DNA of 64,000 nt, from the NCBI GenBank assembly GCA_030613245.1, contig JAUWMI010000008.1:27831-91830 (forward strand), in the 5' to 3' direction. Numbering within the stretch: the first letter of the stretch is position 1; every line of letters starts with the position of its first letter. The notes beneath the pieces were generated by a model that ran no database searches, was not told the DNA's origin, and saw only the letters and a program-made list of their open reading frames with translations. This stretch comes from Candidatus Sumerlaeota bacterium (lineage in GTDB: Bacteria > Sumerlaeota > Sumerlaeia > MWCT01 > JAUWMI01). Shown in pieces: positions 28,501 to 37,284 of this stretch. The position numbers and the translations under genes are program-made.

Positions 28501-28706
28501 CACCGCACAAGCTTTTTAAGGAGCAGAGGGAAGAGCTCGAGGAGAGACGGCCGCACGCGGTCGTCCTCTGCCAGACGATGCAGGTTGGCTGCTGCGCGTT
28601 CGGCCAGGCGAAATCCGTGGCTGGCCAGTAGCGCTTCGAGTGCCTTGCGATCACCGCTTTCAAAACTTTTGCGCAACACGGCCCGGACAGGTTTTCCGCG
28701 CATCAT
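25545..28706 (-). CDS. glnE: Bifunctional glutamine synthetase adenylyltransferase / adenylyl-removing enzyme
   Basis: 1053 aa with two nucleotidyltransferase cores (GGFGAEEITYFSDLDLVFVY and GKLGGQELNYSSDVDLIFFYE) and GlnE-type helical linker domains. Confidence 0.85.
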   Translation of the reverse strand: MMRGKPVRAVLRKSFESGDRKALEALLASHGFRLAERAAANLHRLAEDDRVRPSLLELFPLLLKKLVRCADPDMALNNLERLANTTIDRYSLFILLRGSPVAVQLLVKIFAFSQFLADVLIRNPEYLEWILQKDTLEKDRDEAEYARDVSSAIRIFRSVEAKRNTLCRLRRKEMLRIGTRDLLELADIHQVTRELSHLASAVIQTALTICYEALVSHHGPPLLTSPGEDKRECQFCVVAMGKLGGQELNYSSDVDLIFFYEDEGETAGIASNGEQPKGVISNHKFFTKLCEQLIAFLSEATPEGRLYRVDTRLRPEGVTGLITQSVESFQTYFLTQARLWEKLAYLKARVVAGDTGLGQRLERMIEQFTFDPLVSPQSLVAEVRGLKERIDHEVLVPATRHREVKRGYGGIREIEFLTVALQLVYGHEKPSLRTRATRDALDELQRLNILSRSEHRILDRAYRFLRTVEHRLQIMSDRQTHLLPTADHELRNLALRLAMKKTRTATLADSFRHKYGRITNEVHTLFQKYLHAEAADPERTDEERLFTHLEADSLTSEGRRLLRQFGFHEDSTFNSLRRMVYGTRDMYVTAEGQQFFAALFPRLLALCQTLPFPDSAVRNLDSLLRAAKNMTGYYQLLAEQPTILELLLTVLGTSDYLARILIAHPEYLDTLLSPEDPTLLLNAQRATEQFFSRLDTDQSLEENLKRLRREKELWLLRIGTKDLVERPSQRALAREITALAEACVNATWNLLISHLTDSQHNDALIRPFDPNAPLCIMAMGGFGAEEITYFSDLDLVFVYDEPDNAPKDAVARMTSIVEKFVSTMSAITPEGMLFKIDTQLRPEGAGSPLVVTRKRLMDYYHETARVWEWQSFLRSRPIGANHKVAQHIIGGIQQHIQRAVRDTDLAAEIRNMRRRLEESVRVPSWGIADFKRGKGGLVDIEFLVQYLQLKHCSNHPELWVANTLDAMDRLKDLDLISETDSDFLTSAYQFLRAVEGRVRLMFETPKDIFPKSTARLEPLEKSLRHALATSESLTDTFLRTTRSVRELFDKYVT

Positions 28707-28812
28707 GCCTCCCGGTTTTCAAGGCTGCACTTATCCAGATGGCAGAGTTGGTGCATGAAAACGAGTGGATGCATTAGTATATCCATGCGAGATTCCAGCT
28801 CAAATGTGGGGC

Positions 28813-29721
28813 CTAAACAACCAGTGTCCGCCATCGCCAACTGCCGTAAATCTTTCCCGTAATCAGTCCGAGGTTACTCACCAGATCGCACACGGGCACC
28901 GCGCGCTCAAAGCGATCCCGGGTTACCACGTATGCATATGGAATTTTCAGCAAGGCCTTGAGTGCCCAGATGTACGGATGCAAATCAATCAGGCACCATT
29001 TTCCAAATCGTGCTCTATGTCTGGCGAATAGAGCGGCATTGCCAAATCCATAACGGAAGCATTGATTAAAAAGGCGGCGGATTGTTTTTCCGTGGCGGTG
29101 GTACACGATGGCATCGGGCTCATAGTCCAGGCTCAGCCCAGCCCATTGTATGCGCCAGCACAGGTCAGCATCTTCACCATGAGCGACACCAGCGACATCG
29201 AGAGTCTTGTCAAAATAGCCTACCTTGTCGAATACGTGTTTACGAAACGCGGCATTTGCCGTCACAATAAATGGAAGTCCGAATGCTCTGCTCGATTCGA
29301 GCATTTTTTCTTGATCCAGAATTCTCCGCAGGACGATGTAACGTTCAACAATTGACGTAGGATGCCATGCCTCAACGCGGCCACCGCACACATTAACGTC
29401 TGGCGATTCAAAGCGACTCATGAGCTTTTGGAGCCAATGTGGATCAACCACGCAGTCGCTGTCTATAAAGGCGATGACCTCGCCGCCGGCTTCGCGCACC
29501 CCCCGATTGCGAGCGCTGGCAGCGCCTTGCCGCGACTCTGTGACCAGTTTCACCGGATACGCTTTGGCAAGCTCCGGTGTCCGGTCAGTTGATCCATTAT
29601 CAACAACAATCACCTCATAGCGGTCTCGCGGATAAACTAGCTGACCAAGGCTCTCCAGGCAGTCTGGCAACGTGCTTTCGGCATTATACGCGGGTACGAC
29701 AACTGATGCGGAAAGGGTCAT
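28813..29721 (-). CDS. Family 2 glycosyltransferase
   Basis: SVVVPAYNAE...EVIVVDNGSTD GT-A fold motifs; DxD (DSDC). ATG at 29719-29721 with AGGAG 8 nt upstream; the ORF track's extension to 29787 is unlikely. Confidence 0.8.
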   Translation of the reverse strand: MTLSASVVVPAYNAESTLPDCLESLGQLVYPRDRYEVIVVDNGSTDRTPELAKAYPVKLVTESRQGAASARNRGVREAGGEVIAFIDSDCVVDPHWLQKLMSRFESPDVNVCGGRVEAWHPTSIVERYIVLRRILDQEKMLESSRAFGLPFIVTANAAFRKHVFDKVGYFDKTLDVAGVAHGEDADLCWRIQWAGLSLDYEPDAIVYHRHGKTIRRLFNQCFRYGFGNAALFARHRARFGKWCLIDLHPYIWALKALLKIPYAYVVTRDRFERAVPVCDLVSNLGLITGKIYGSWRWRTLVV

Positions 29722-29725
29722 TGCG

Positions 29726-30574
29726 TTACTCCTGGGCGTTTGAACGCTCCTCTTGGGCGTTATGCACGTGCGTTGGCGCATCAGCACCTGATGCGGGGGC
29801 TTTCGTAACTTCTATCACGCAGAACCAGCAGAGGTGTTTTAAAAAAGGGAGCACAGAGAGCAGCACATAATCAATTGAATTGAGCACTCGCAGGATGGAG
29901 TAAAAGGTTCGGACGTTTCGCCGGACGTACTGCCAGAAGAACGCGGGGAATGCAAGCAGGTAAAAGTATTTCTTGGAATGCCGTGCGAACGGGCGCGTAA
30001 GCTGCGCCAGACGCTTACCATCGAAATACGTCGTAATCTCCTTCCAGATTTTTGGGCCGAATAGTGCCCGATAGCATCGTGCGAAGGGATTATACTTCAG
30101 CGGCTCGACGAAGATACCTTTCCCTCCCGGCACAAGCACGCGCTTGATTTCACCCACGCTCTCCTCCAGCGGCGTATGGATCAGCACTGATTTGGTGTAG
30201 ATGCAGTCTGCTATCGCGCGTTGTAGGCCGACTGCCTCAGCCGCTGAACAGATCGGCACGATTCGGTGGTCTAGCCCTTCCTGGCGACTGAGCTCGAGCA
30301 GGAACTTGAGACGCGCAAGTGACAGATCTACAACAATTACCCGTGCCCCTTTGCGTGCGAGAATGATAGCATTGATACCGAGGCCACCGCCTAGCTCAAC
30401 TACTGTCTTTCCCTCCAGAGGCCCCATCAGCGCATAGGCATGCTGTTGCTCAGGAGTCTGGTAGAATGCGATCTCCTCCTCTAGATTGAAACGGCTGCGC
30501 CACTGCGGATCGCCAAGATTCCTGGCGTCAATGTTACTATCCCAGTAGGTACGCTGCAAATTTTGGTTTGACAT
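29726..30574 (-). CDS. Class I SAM-dependent methyltransferase
   Basis: VVELGGGLGINAIILARKGARVIVVDLS (motif I GxGxG plus acidic residue). 282 aa. Immediately upstream of the GT2 gene on the same strand. Confidence 0.75.
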   Translation of the reverse strand: MSNQNLQRTYWDSNIDARNLGDPQWRSRFNLEEEIAFYQTPEQQHAYALMGPLEGKTVVELGGGLGINAIILARKGARVIVVDLSLARLKFLLELSRQEGLDHRIVPICSAAEAVGLQRAIADCIYTKSVLIHTPLEESVGEIKRVLVPGGKGIFVEPLKYNPFARCYRALFGPKIWKEITTYFDGKRLAQLTRPFARHSKKYFYLLAFPAFFWQYVRRNVRTFYSILRVLNSIDYVLLSVLPFLKHLCWFCVIEVTKAPASGADAPTHVHNAQEERSNAQE

Positions 30575-30702
30575 TTTGGCGCCGCCTGTTCAGGTGTGAA
30601 GCTGTTCTAGCGCACTACGGGTGCGTCGTTGTTGCAGAGCGGATTTTTTTAAGAGGCAGCTGCTCGGAACTGCAGTACTCTATGGAGAAAGGAAAAGCAC
30701 AA

Positions 30703-30908
30703 TGGCTGGTGAATGTCAAAACTTTCAAGAAAATCTCAAGTCTTGTAACTGTACCTATGCCTCCTGTACACACCGAGGCATCTGTTGCGAGTGTATAAGC
30801 TATCATTTGCGCATGAAAGAATTGCCCGCCTGTTGCTTCACGCCGGAGGTTGAAAAAACCTACGACCGCTCCTTCAAGCGGTTCGTCGAGATGTGCAAGG
30901 GACAATGA
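30703..30908 (+). CDS. Small cysteine-rich protein (about 68 aa), unknown function
   Basis: GGAGAAAGGAAAAG Shine-Dalgarno 6 nt before the ATG at 30703. 10 Cys in 68 aa (CNCTYASCTHRGICCECISYH...ACCF). The longer ORF-track start at 30621 lacks an RBS. Confidence 0.5.
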
Positions 30909-31003
30909 GCCAGGAAACCCTTGTCATGGTGCGCGGCACCAGCCGTCACTGTGTATCAGAGAGCGTTTGGGAAGATTTCTGAATAAACGATTAAGAGAGT
31001 TGC

Positions 31004-31405
31004 TTAATCCTCAGGTGGCTGATCCGTACCCCGGGCTTGTTTAAGCTGCTCGACCTCCTTTTGCAGATCAGCAATGAGCCGCAGCTGAATCTCGCTCAGA
31101 CGTCGCAATGCCTTGATCTTTAAAATCAGTAATTCAGTACTGGCAATCAAGGTGAGCAGCAGAAGGACAAACCAGAAGAATATAAAGAATTGCTCGGGAT
31201 CTTTGGTGTGGACAATTCGAGTGACTGTGAGGATAAATCCAAATCCAGATACAAAAAGCAAAAAAATCACCGCCGGTTCCCACCATTTCACCGACAGGCG
31301 ATCCTTGAGCCGATAAATTTCCTTTATATCTTTGATCTTTATTGTGGCCGTTACTTCTTTCGCCAGCATCTCGGGATCCTGTGGTAACGGCCGTTGACTA
31401 CTCAC
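31004..31405 (-). CDS. Small membrane protein with two TM helices and C-terminal coiled coil
   Basis: 133 aa. Hydrophobic segments AVIFLLFVSGFGFILTV and FIFFWFVLLLLTLIAST. C-terminal heptad region. Confidence 0.45.
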   Translation of the reverse strand: MSSQRPLPQDPEMLAKEVTATIKIKDIKEIYRLKDRLSVKWWEPAVIFLLFVSGFGFILTVTRIVHTKDPEQFFIFFWFVLLLLTLIASTELLILKIKALRRLSEIQLRLIADLQKEVEQLKQARGTDQPPED

Positions 31406-31471
31406 ACCGCCCTCCTCTTTTACTCTTGCTCAATGCTGGCATAATTTATCCGGCACCCGGAAGGCGGGAGA

Positions 31472-32530
31472 TCAGGCTAATTTATTGCCACAATTGCTAC
31501 AGAATTTAGACCCGCTTGGATTTGGTGTATTGCATTTTGGACACGGGGCTCCCCCAATTGCCTCTCCACAATTGGGGCAAAAGTTAGCATTCAGCGGAAC
31601 CGGGCCATTGCATTTCTTACACAACATTGGCGGCGTAGGCACGCCTGCAGCAGGTGGTTGCCCTGCCGGGGTCATGGCCTGTTTGATCATCCCCGGAAGC
31701 ATCATCCCAAAGCCAGCGCCCAATCCCAGTCCCATGCCGGCTGAAGCCGTGCCTGCAGCAGCACCATCTCCAGCGGCTTCAGACGCCTTCTCTATCGCGC
31801 GCGCCGCTTTGAATTGCATGTAGCGGTTTATATCCCCGACCGCGCCCATTCCCGAGCGCTCGTCAATGACCTTCATTACCTCTTCTGGCGGCGTAATCGA
31901 ATTGATCACAAAATCCAGCAGCTCAATGCCGTTCTTCTGGAAGTCCTCGAGTACGCGTGCCTTGGTCCCTCCAGCCAGCTCGTCGTAGTACTTGGGCAGA
32001 TCGAGAATCGTCTTCATTGTTTCACCCAGAAGGTCGTTGAGCCGTGCTACAATGATATCACGCAGAAAGTCCTGGATCATGTCGGTGGTGTACAAGCTTT
32101 GCGTACCGACGATTTTATTGACGAACAGGGCTGGATCCACAACCCGTAGCGCATATACGCCAAAAGCCCGCAGGCGGATCATCTTGAACTCGGAATCCCG
32201 AAATGCCACGGGTTGCTTCGTACCCCACTTCAAATTAATAAATGCCTTGGCGTTGACGAAAATTACCTCCACCTTAAAGGGACTTTCAAACCCGAAGGGC
32301 AGACTGATCAACTTCGTGAGAAGTGGTAGGTTTAGTGTGGAAAGAGTGTAGCGGCCCGGGCCAAAGGTGTCTAATGATCGGCCGTCACGAAAGAAAAGGG
32401 CGTATTGACTTTCGCGCACTATAAGCTGGGCGCCGAGCTTAAATGTGCCCGAGCCTTCGCGCGGGATGCGACAAACCATTTGCTGGCCGGTTGCGTCGAA
32501 CCACTCAATGATTTCTAACGCTACTGCCAT
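31472..32530 (-). CDS. SPFH/band-7 domain protein with C-terminal double zinc ribbon
   Basis: 352 aa. SPFH-like N-domain (B. subtilis YdjI-like 'virion core protein' type). Gly/Ala-rich linker. Two CxxC...CxxC ribbons (CKKCNGP...CPNCGE; CPKCNTP...CSNCGNK). Confidence 0.7.
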   Translation of the reverse strand: MAVALEIIEWFDATGQQMVCRIPREGSGTFKLGAQLIVRESQYALFFRDGRSLDTFGPGRYTLSTLNLPLLTKLISLPFGFESPFKVEVIFVNAKAFINLKWGTKQPVAFRDSEFKMIRLRAFGVYALRVVDPALFVNKIVGTQSLYTTDMIQDFLRDIIVARLNDLLGETMKTILDLPKYYDELAGGTKARVLEDFQKNGIELLDFVINSITPPEEVMKVIDERSGMGAVGDINRYMQFKAARAIEKASEAAGDGAAAGTASAGMGLGLGAGFGMMLPGMIKQAMTPAGQPPAAGVPTPPMLCKKCNGPVPLNANFCPNCGEAIGGAPCPKCNTPNPSGSKFCSNCGNKLA

Positions 32531-32549
32531 GATCTTCTCCTTTGTGCTA

Positions 32550-33167
32550 TTAGAGGCCTTTGTATTTCAAAATCAGCGACTCGCGTTCTTCCACCAATGC
32601 TTTCAACGCCTTACCATCGGCGGTAAGAGAGCGAAGGCTATCGGCGGTTAGCGTGGTATCAGGTGCTGCTGCCTTTGCATCGAGTGTTTTCTTCATTGCC
32701 TCAACCTTCTCCATAATGCGCCGATCCTGCTGGTAGAGAATATCCAGCTCGGTTTGCTTGATCTTTATGGCATCAAAAAATCCTGAGTAGCCGTATGACG
32801 CAAAGCGCAGCTTATCGGCCAGACCTTCGAATCGAAGATTCAGCCGATCCACATCATCCAACAGAGAGAGTTCACCCTTGTCGGTCAGGCGAAGACAGGC
32901 TTCCCGCAGGGTGGTGATAAATTGCTTGATCATGTTGCTTACGTATGTTCGAAGCTCCTTGTCCGCTTCGCGTCGAATGTCCCGGTCGCGGTATCCGCGG
33001 TAACCTGGAATCCAACGTGCAATCTTATCCAGAACGTTCTGTTCGTCGAAAATCTTTTCGCGAAACTTGTCCATATCTGTCCTGTCCTTTTGAAGGTTAT
33101 ACTTATAGTGACATTGCAGATCACGAGAATCAACAAAAAAATCCGCCTTTCGTGCCGATTCAAGCAA
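32550..33167 (-). CDS. Hypothetical coiled-coil protein
   Basis: 205 aa, charged heptad-rich. Directly downstream of pilC2 and upstream of the SPFH gene on the same strand. Confidence 0.45.
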   Translation of the reverse strand: MLESARKADFFVDSRDLQCHYKYNLQKDRTDMDKFREKIFDEQNVLDKIARWIPGYRGYRDRDIRREADKELRTYVSNMIKQFITTLREACLRLTDKGELSLLDDVDRLNLRFEGLADKLRFASYGYSGFFDAIKIKQTELDILYQQDRRIMEKVEAMKKTLDAKAAAPDTTLTADSLRSLTADGKALKALVEERESLILKYKGL

Positions 33168-33276
33168 TTCTTTTCGAGCCTACTAGCACGCATCAGCGGT
33201 AAATAAAAAACGGTGCAGGCATTTTATACTAAATACCAACACCGCAAAATATATTCATACTTGCAGCGGAGATTCT

Positions 33277-34491
33277 TTACCGGATCACTTTTACCAGGTT
33301 AAAATAGGGGAGCATTATCGCCATCGCAACAAAGGCTACTACAAAGCCCATTAGGATGATTAACATAGGCTCGAGAATAGAAGTAAGTCCCTTCAGACTT
33401 ACGTCCACATCATTATCATACGTATCAGCGATCTTGATCAGCATGGTGTCCAAAGCCCCTGCTTCGTCACCAATCGAAACCATGTCGACAACAATCGGGG
33501 GAAAGACACCGCCTGTACGCATGGGCTCTTCCATTTTGCCGCCATGCTCGACGTTCATATAAACTTTTGTCAAATTACTTGCTACCAGAACGTTTTCCGA
33601 GGTCTTTGCCGTGACGGAGAGTCCCTCAAGCAGTGGAATTCCAGCAGTCACCAAGTTCCCCAGGGTTCGGCTAAAGCGGGCCACGTTAATCTTTGTGTTG
33701 ATAGGGCCGACAATTGGAAGCCGAATCTTTAGCCAATCTAGCAAGTAACGACCTGAGCTTGTTCGGGCGAATCCGATAAGCAGAAAAATGGCGATGACAA
33801 TAACTGGAACATAAATCAAGGTATAGTGGCGTATGATGTGTGATACAAACAGGATGACTTTCGTCGGACCAGGTAATTCAGCCTCGTGACTGGCGTATAC
33901 GGCTTCGAACGTCGGAATGGCAACGGTCAGAATCACCACAATCACTGCCAGACAAGTCAGAAGGGATACTACCGGGTAGAGCAACGCCGAGCGCACCTTT
34001 TTCTTAATTTCCGCCTTCTTCTCCAAAATATCGGCAAGGCGCTTCATAGAGCTCTCCAGAATGCCTCCGACCTCGCCTACCCTGGCCACGCTGACGAACA
34101 GGTGCGAGAAGATACGCGGATGCTCAGCCAGAGCGCTTGACAATGTCTGGCCTTCCTCGACCCGTTGGGCAACCTGCTTTACCACGGCCTTCAGGCGCGG
34201 ATGCTGAGTCCGCTTGCTTAGTATCTTCAGGCTTCGGAGCAGCGGAATCCCCACGTCAAGCAACGTGGCAAGCTGGCGGCAGAAGGTCGCCATGTCGGTG
34301 ATATTTGGAGGGAAAATGCGGAGCGGCTGTTGGAAGCGGCCTGTACCTTCTCCCACAGGCTCACCAGCTCTGGGCTGGCGCGTCCTCGATACAGCTTCAG
34401 CCTCTACCGCATGGGTTTTGATTTTGCTTTCCAGTGCATCTTTTACAGAATCTGCCTCCGGTTTTTTCTTTTCGAACTTTTTGGACGCCAT
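33277..34491 (-). CDS. GspF/PilC-family platform protein (second copy)
   Basis: 404 aa. Two T2SSF repeats (FCRQLATLLDVGIPLLRSL; FSRTLGNLVTAGIPLLEGL). 3 TM segments. Confidence 0.85.
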   Translation of the reverse strand: MASKKFEKKKPEADSVKDALESKIKTHAVEAEAVSRTRQPRAGEPVGEGTGRFQQPLRIFPPNITDMATFCRQLATLLDVGIPLLRSLKILSKRTQHPRLKAVVKQVAQRVEEGQTLSSALAEHPRIFSHLFVSVARVGEVGGILESSMKRLADILEKKAEIKKKVRSALLYPVVSLLTCLAVIVVILTVAIPTFEAVYASHEAELPGPTKVILFVSHIIRHYTLIYVPVIVIAIFLLIGFARTSSGRYLLDWLKIRLPIVGPINTKINVARFSRTLGNLVTAGIPLLEGLSVTAKTSENVLVASNLTKVYMNVEHGGKMEEPMRTGGVFPPIVVDMVSIGDEAGALDTMLIKIADTYDNDVDVSLKGLTSILEPMLIILMGFVVAFVAMAIMLPYFNLVKVIR

Positions 34492-34603
34492 GCTTTAGAT
34501 CCTCCTTTGTGGGCCCTGTCTCCGGCACGGAGTCTCTTCCTTGGCGGGCATCAAAATTCGCAAGACCAGAAGTGTAGCTCTGGCGCCGTAGCCCGACTAT
34601 GCC

Positions 34604-36763
34604 TCACAAGAGAAAAATCGTCTCCATCACCTCTTCGGCCGTGGTTATGCCGTCGTATATCTTCTTTATGCCGCTCTGCGCCAGGGTGGTCATTTTGTTA
34701 GCCATGGCCGCCTTCATCAGGGCCTCTTCCGATGCATTCTCCATCACCAGCCGTTTGATTGTTTCGTCCACGACAAGGATTTCAAAAATTCCTGTGCGAC
34801 CCCAATACCCGGTATTTAGACAGTGGTCGCACCCGCGACCACGATACATGCGTTTCTTTGAACGATCAGAGATGCCCAGGTCCTTAAGGATGCCTTTCGG
34901 CGGCGCGTATGAAATTTTGCACTTCGGGCAAGTCTTCTTAACCAGCCGCTGTGCTATGATAGCGATAAGTGCGCTGGACAGCATGTAGGCCTGAACGCCC
35001 ATATGAATCAGCGCCGGAATGGCACCAACCGAAGTGTTTGTGTGGAGAGTACTGAAGACCAGATGTCCGGTCAGTGCCGCGCGTATCGCAATATGCGCAG
35101 TCTCCTGATCGCGAATTTCTCCAACAAGTATGATGTCTGGATCCTGTCGCAGTGTCGAGCGCAGCAGCGTTGCAAAAGTGAGGTCAATATTGTAATCTAC
35201 CTGAACCTGATTAATACCCTCCAGCTCATACTCAACAGGATCTTCAATCGTCACGATGTTGCGTTTCTCGTCGTTTACAGCATTAAGAGCTGAATAAAGC
35301 GTTGACGTCTTGCCACTCCCTGTTGGTCCGCTCACCAGGATCATGCCGTAAGGTTTGCGAATGATCTGCTCTATCAGTGCCTGCTGATCTTTGTCTAATC
35401 CCAATTCAGACAGTCCCGTCAGCACCGTTGCCTCACTCAAAATACGAATCACAACCTTCTCGCCTAAATGCGTGGGGAGTGTGGAGACCCGAAAGTCGTA
35501 GTTCTTCTTGCCCACTTGCAAGAAGAAATGCCCGTCCTGTGGGCGCCGGCGTTCAGTGACGTTCATGTTCGCCAGCACTTTAATCCGCGAAATTACGGGG
35601 AGCTGCATCTCGAGTGGGATCGGCATGATGTTATGCAGGCTGCCGTCAATACGATATCGCACGCGCAAGGCTGATTCTTGTGGCTCGATGTGGATGTCGG
35701 TGGATCGCGTGGCAATGGCGTGCTCGATAACCGAGCTCACGAGCTGGACAGTCGAGCGATTGTCCACAAGGGTGTCAATTCCCTCGACTTTGATTTCGCG
35801 TGGCGTGGCAGGGGTCGCCGCTTCAGGCGCTTTTGGTGCACCCACTGCTCTGGCTTCTGCTTCTTTAAGGGAAGGTAATAGTATATTGATCTTCCGAATG
35901 ATTTCACTCTGAGGGGCAAAAATTGGATAGATGTTGTAACCGGTCAGCAACGAAAGGACATTAATGAGCGCCAGATTCAGCGGATCAGCTGTCACAATAG
36001 AGAGACTATTCTGTTTCTTGCTTATCGGCAGAATGAGCTGTTGGCGAATGAATTCTGTCGGTAAGAGCTCCAGCAGCTCCTCCCTCACAGTAATCTCACC
36101 CAGCTCAATGGAGGCGAAATAGAGTCCTTCGTCAACGGCCTTCAGCAGTGCATTCTGCTCAAGCAGGCCGTTGGCATTCAGGACATTCCGGAGTTGTTTC
36201 CCCTTGTCCTCGCTTTGCTCAACTGCAGCGTCCCAGTCAGTCCTGCTCACCAGGTTGTTGAATACCAGGATGTCCCTTGTCACACACAGGCGGTTCTTAC
36301 ACGATAATTGGCTGATCGGATTGGTAACAAGTTTGCTAAGGATTTCTGGTGTCAATAGCCCCTCGGCCACAAAGAGCTCATAGTCAGACGCGGTAATTTT
36401 CGGCCGGTCGCTGAAAAATGCTTTGATCCGTTCTGCTGGCCCCAGATGCTCATCAAGCAGCAGGGAACCAAGATCTTTCAGTTTGGTCTTGTTGGCCTTC
36501 AGGATATGGATGATCTGTCTGGTCGAAATATGGACAGCCTCGCTGAGTACTTTTTCAATTTCTTGGTCTTGCTTCCTGGCGAACGGTAACTTCGTTAAGA
36601 GGTCGCGATATGTCTGGAGCGATAGGGCGTCGGATTTCAGAATGGCACCCAGCTGTTTACCTTCACCGGGTCGTTTCTTGGCGACGTAGGTCTTCCACTG
36701 CGTCTCGTCTATGAGGCCGGCTTCTCGGAAGAGCAGAGCCAGTCGGGCAGAGGTGGTCTTCAT
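34604..36763 (-). CDS. PilB/GspE-family assembly ATPase with extended N-terminal region (second PilB-like)
   Basis: 719 aa. Walker A GPTGSGKTST. CPKCKISY...CDHCLNTGY zinc module. About 370-aa N-terminal region with a GspE_N-like domain and a degenerate MshEN-like tandem motif (RLALLFREAGLIDETQ ... QLGAILKSDALSLQTYRDLL). ATGA overlap with the upstream gene. Confidence 0.85.
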   Translation of the reverse strand: MKTTSARLALLFREAGLIDETQWKTYVAKKRPGEGKQLGAILKSDALSLQTYRDLLTKLPFARKQDQEIEKVLSEAVHISTRQIIHILKANKTKLKDLGSLLLDEHLGPAERIKAFFSDRPKITASDYELFVAEGLLTPEILSKLVTNPISQLSCKNRLCVTRDILVFNNLVSRTDWDAAVEQSEDKGKQLRNVLNANGLLEQNALLKAVDEGLYFASIELGEITVREELLELLPTEFIRQQLILPISKKQNSLSIVTADPLNLALINVLSLLTGYNIYPIFAPQSEIIRKINILLPSLKEAEARAVGAPKAPEAATPATPREIKVEGIDTLVDNRSTVQLVSSVIEHAIATRSTDIHIEPQESALRVRYRIDGSLHNIMPIPLEMQLPVISRIKVLANMNVTERRRPQDGHFFLQVGKKNYDFRVSTLPTHLGEKVVIRILSEATVLTGLSELGLDKDQQALIEQIIRKPYGMILVSGPTGSGKTSTLYSALNAVNDEKRNIVTIEDPVEYELEGINQVQVDYNIDLTFATLLRSTLRQDPDIILVGEIRDQETAHIAIRAALTGHLVFSTLHTNTSVGAIPALIHMGVQAYMLSSALIAIIAQRLVKKTCPKCKISYAPPKGILKDLGISDRSKKRMYRGRGCDHCLNTGYWGRTGIFEILVVDETIKRLVMENASEEALMKAAMANKMTTLAQSGIKKIYDGITTAEEVMETIFLL

Positions 36764-37275
36764 TTCTCTTCTTGCTGCTCCTCAATGATGGAGTATCTAG
36801 TTTCTTTCAGCACGATTGCCACTTTGCGGTTACCGCCACGATTTGCCAGCACGTGGCGCTCTTTGGCCAGGTGCTCTCCCAGGTACGGAACTTCGGCATG
36901 CAGCCTCAGCACAATATCGCCTTCCGCAAAATTGAGCGCCCCTTGGCGGTAGAGCTCTGCATCGGTATGCAGCGGTTCGATGACACCTGTACCTGTTCCG
37001 TATGGAAAGGTAATAGAAAATTGGGTTAGCACGCCTGTAGATTCTCCGGTCGAGTTGCGGAGCATTTGACTTTGAAGGGAATTCAATAAAGTGTCCAGCC
37101 GCGCTTCGGCTTCCTGAAGCGCCACAGCGCTGATTCCTGTGTTTGCGAGCGTGGCAACTCCTACCACCATTATGAAGAGCGTTGCCAGCACGCCCAGCGC
37201 AGCAACCAGGGCGAACCCGTGTTTCTTCAAAGTAAACGTAGCACCGATTTTGATTTTAGTTGCTCGGATTTGCAT
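36760..37275 (-). CDS. PilX/GspK-like pseudopilin-type protein (no Glu5)
   Basis: 171 aa. KKHG|FALVAALGVLATLFIMVV class-III-signal-like N-terminus lacking Glu5. Sits between the pilW-like and ATPase genes. Confidence 0.45.
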   Translation of the reverse strand: MQIRATKIKIGATFTLKKHGFALVAALGVLATLFIMVVGVATLANTGISAVALQEAEARLDTLLNSLQSQMLRNSTGESTGVLTQFSITFPYGTGTGVIEPLHTDAELYRQGALNFAEGDIVLRLHAEVPYLGEHLAKERHVLANRGGNRKVAIVLKETRYSIIEEQQEEK

Positions 37276-37284
37276 TGTCTTGTT

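Noticed and set aside
30615-30905. Minus-strand 96-aa ORF antisense to the Cys-rich gene
   Set aside because: No RBS and no motif. The plus-strand frame has a strong SD and a coherent Cys pattern.
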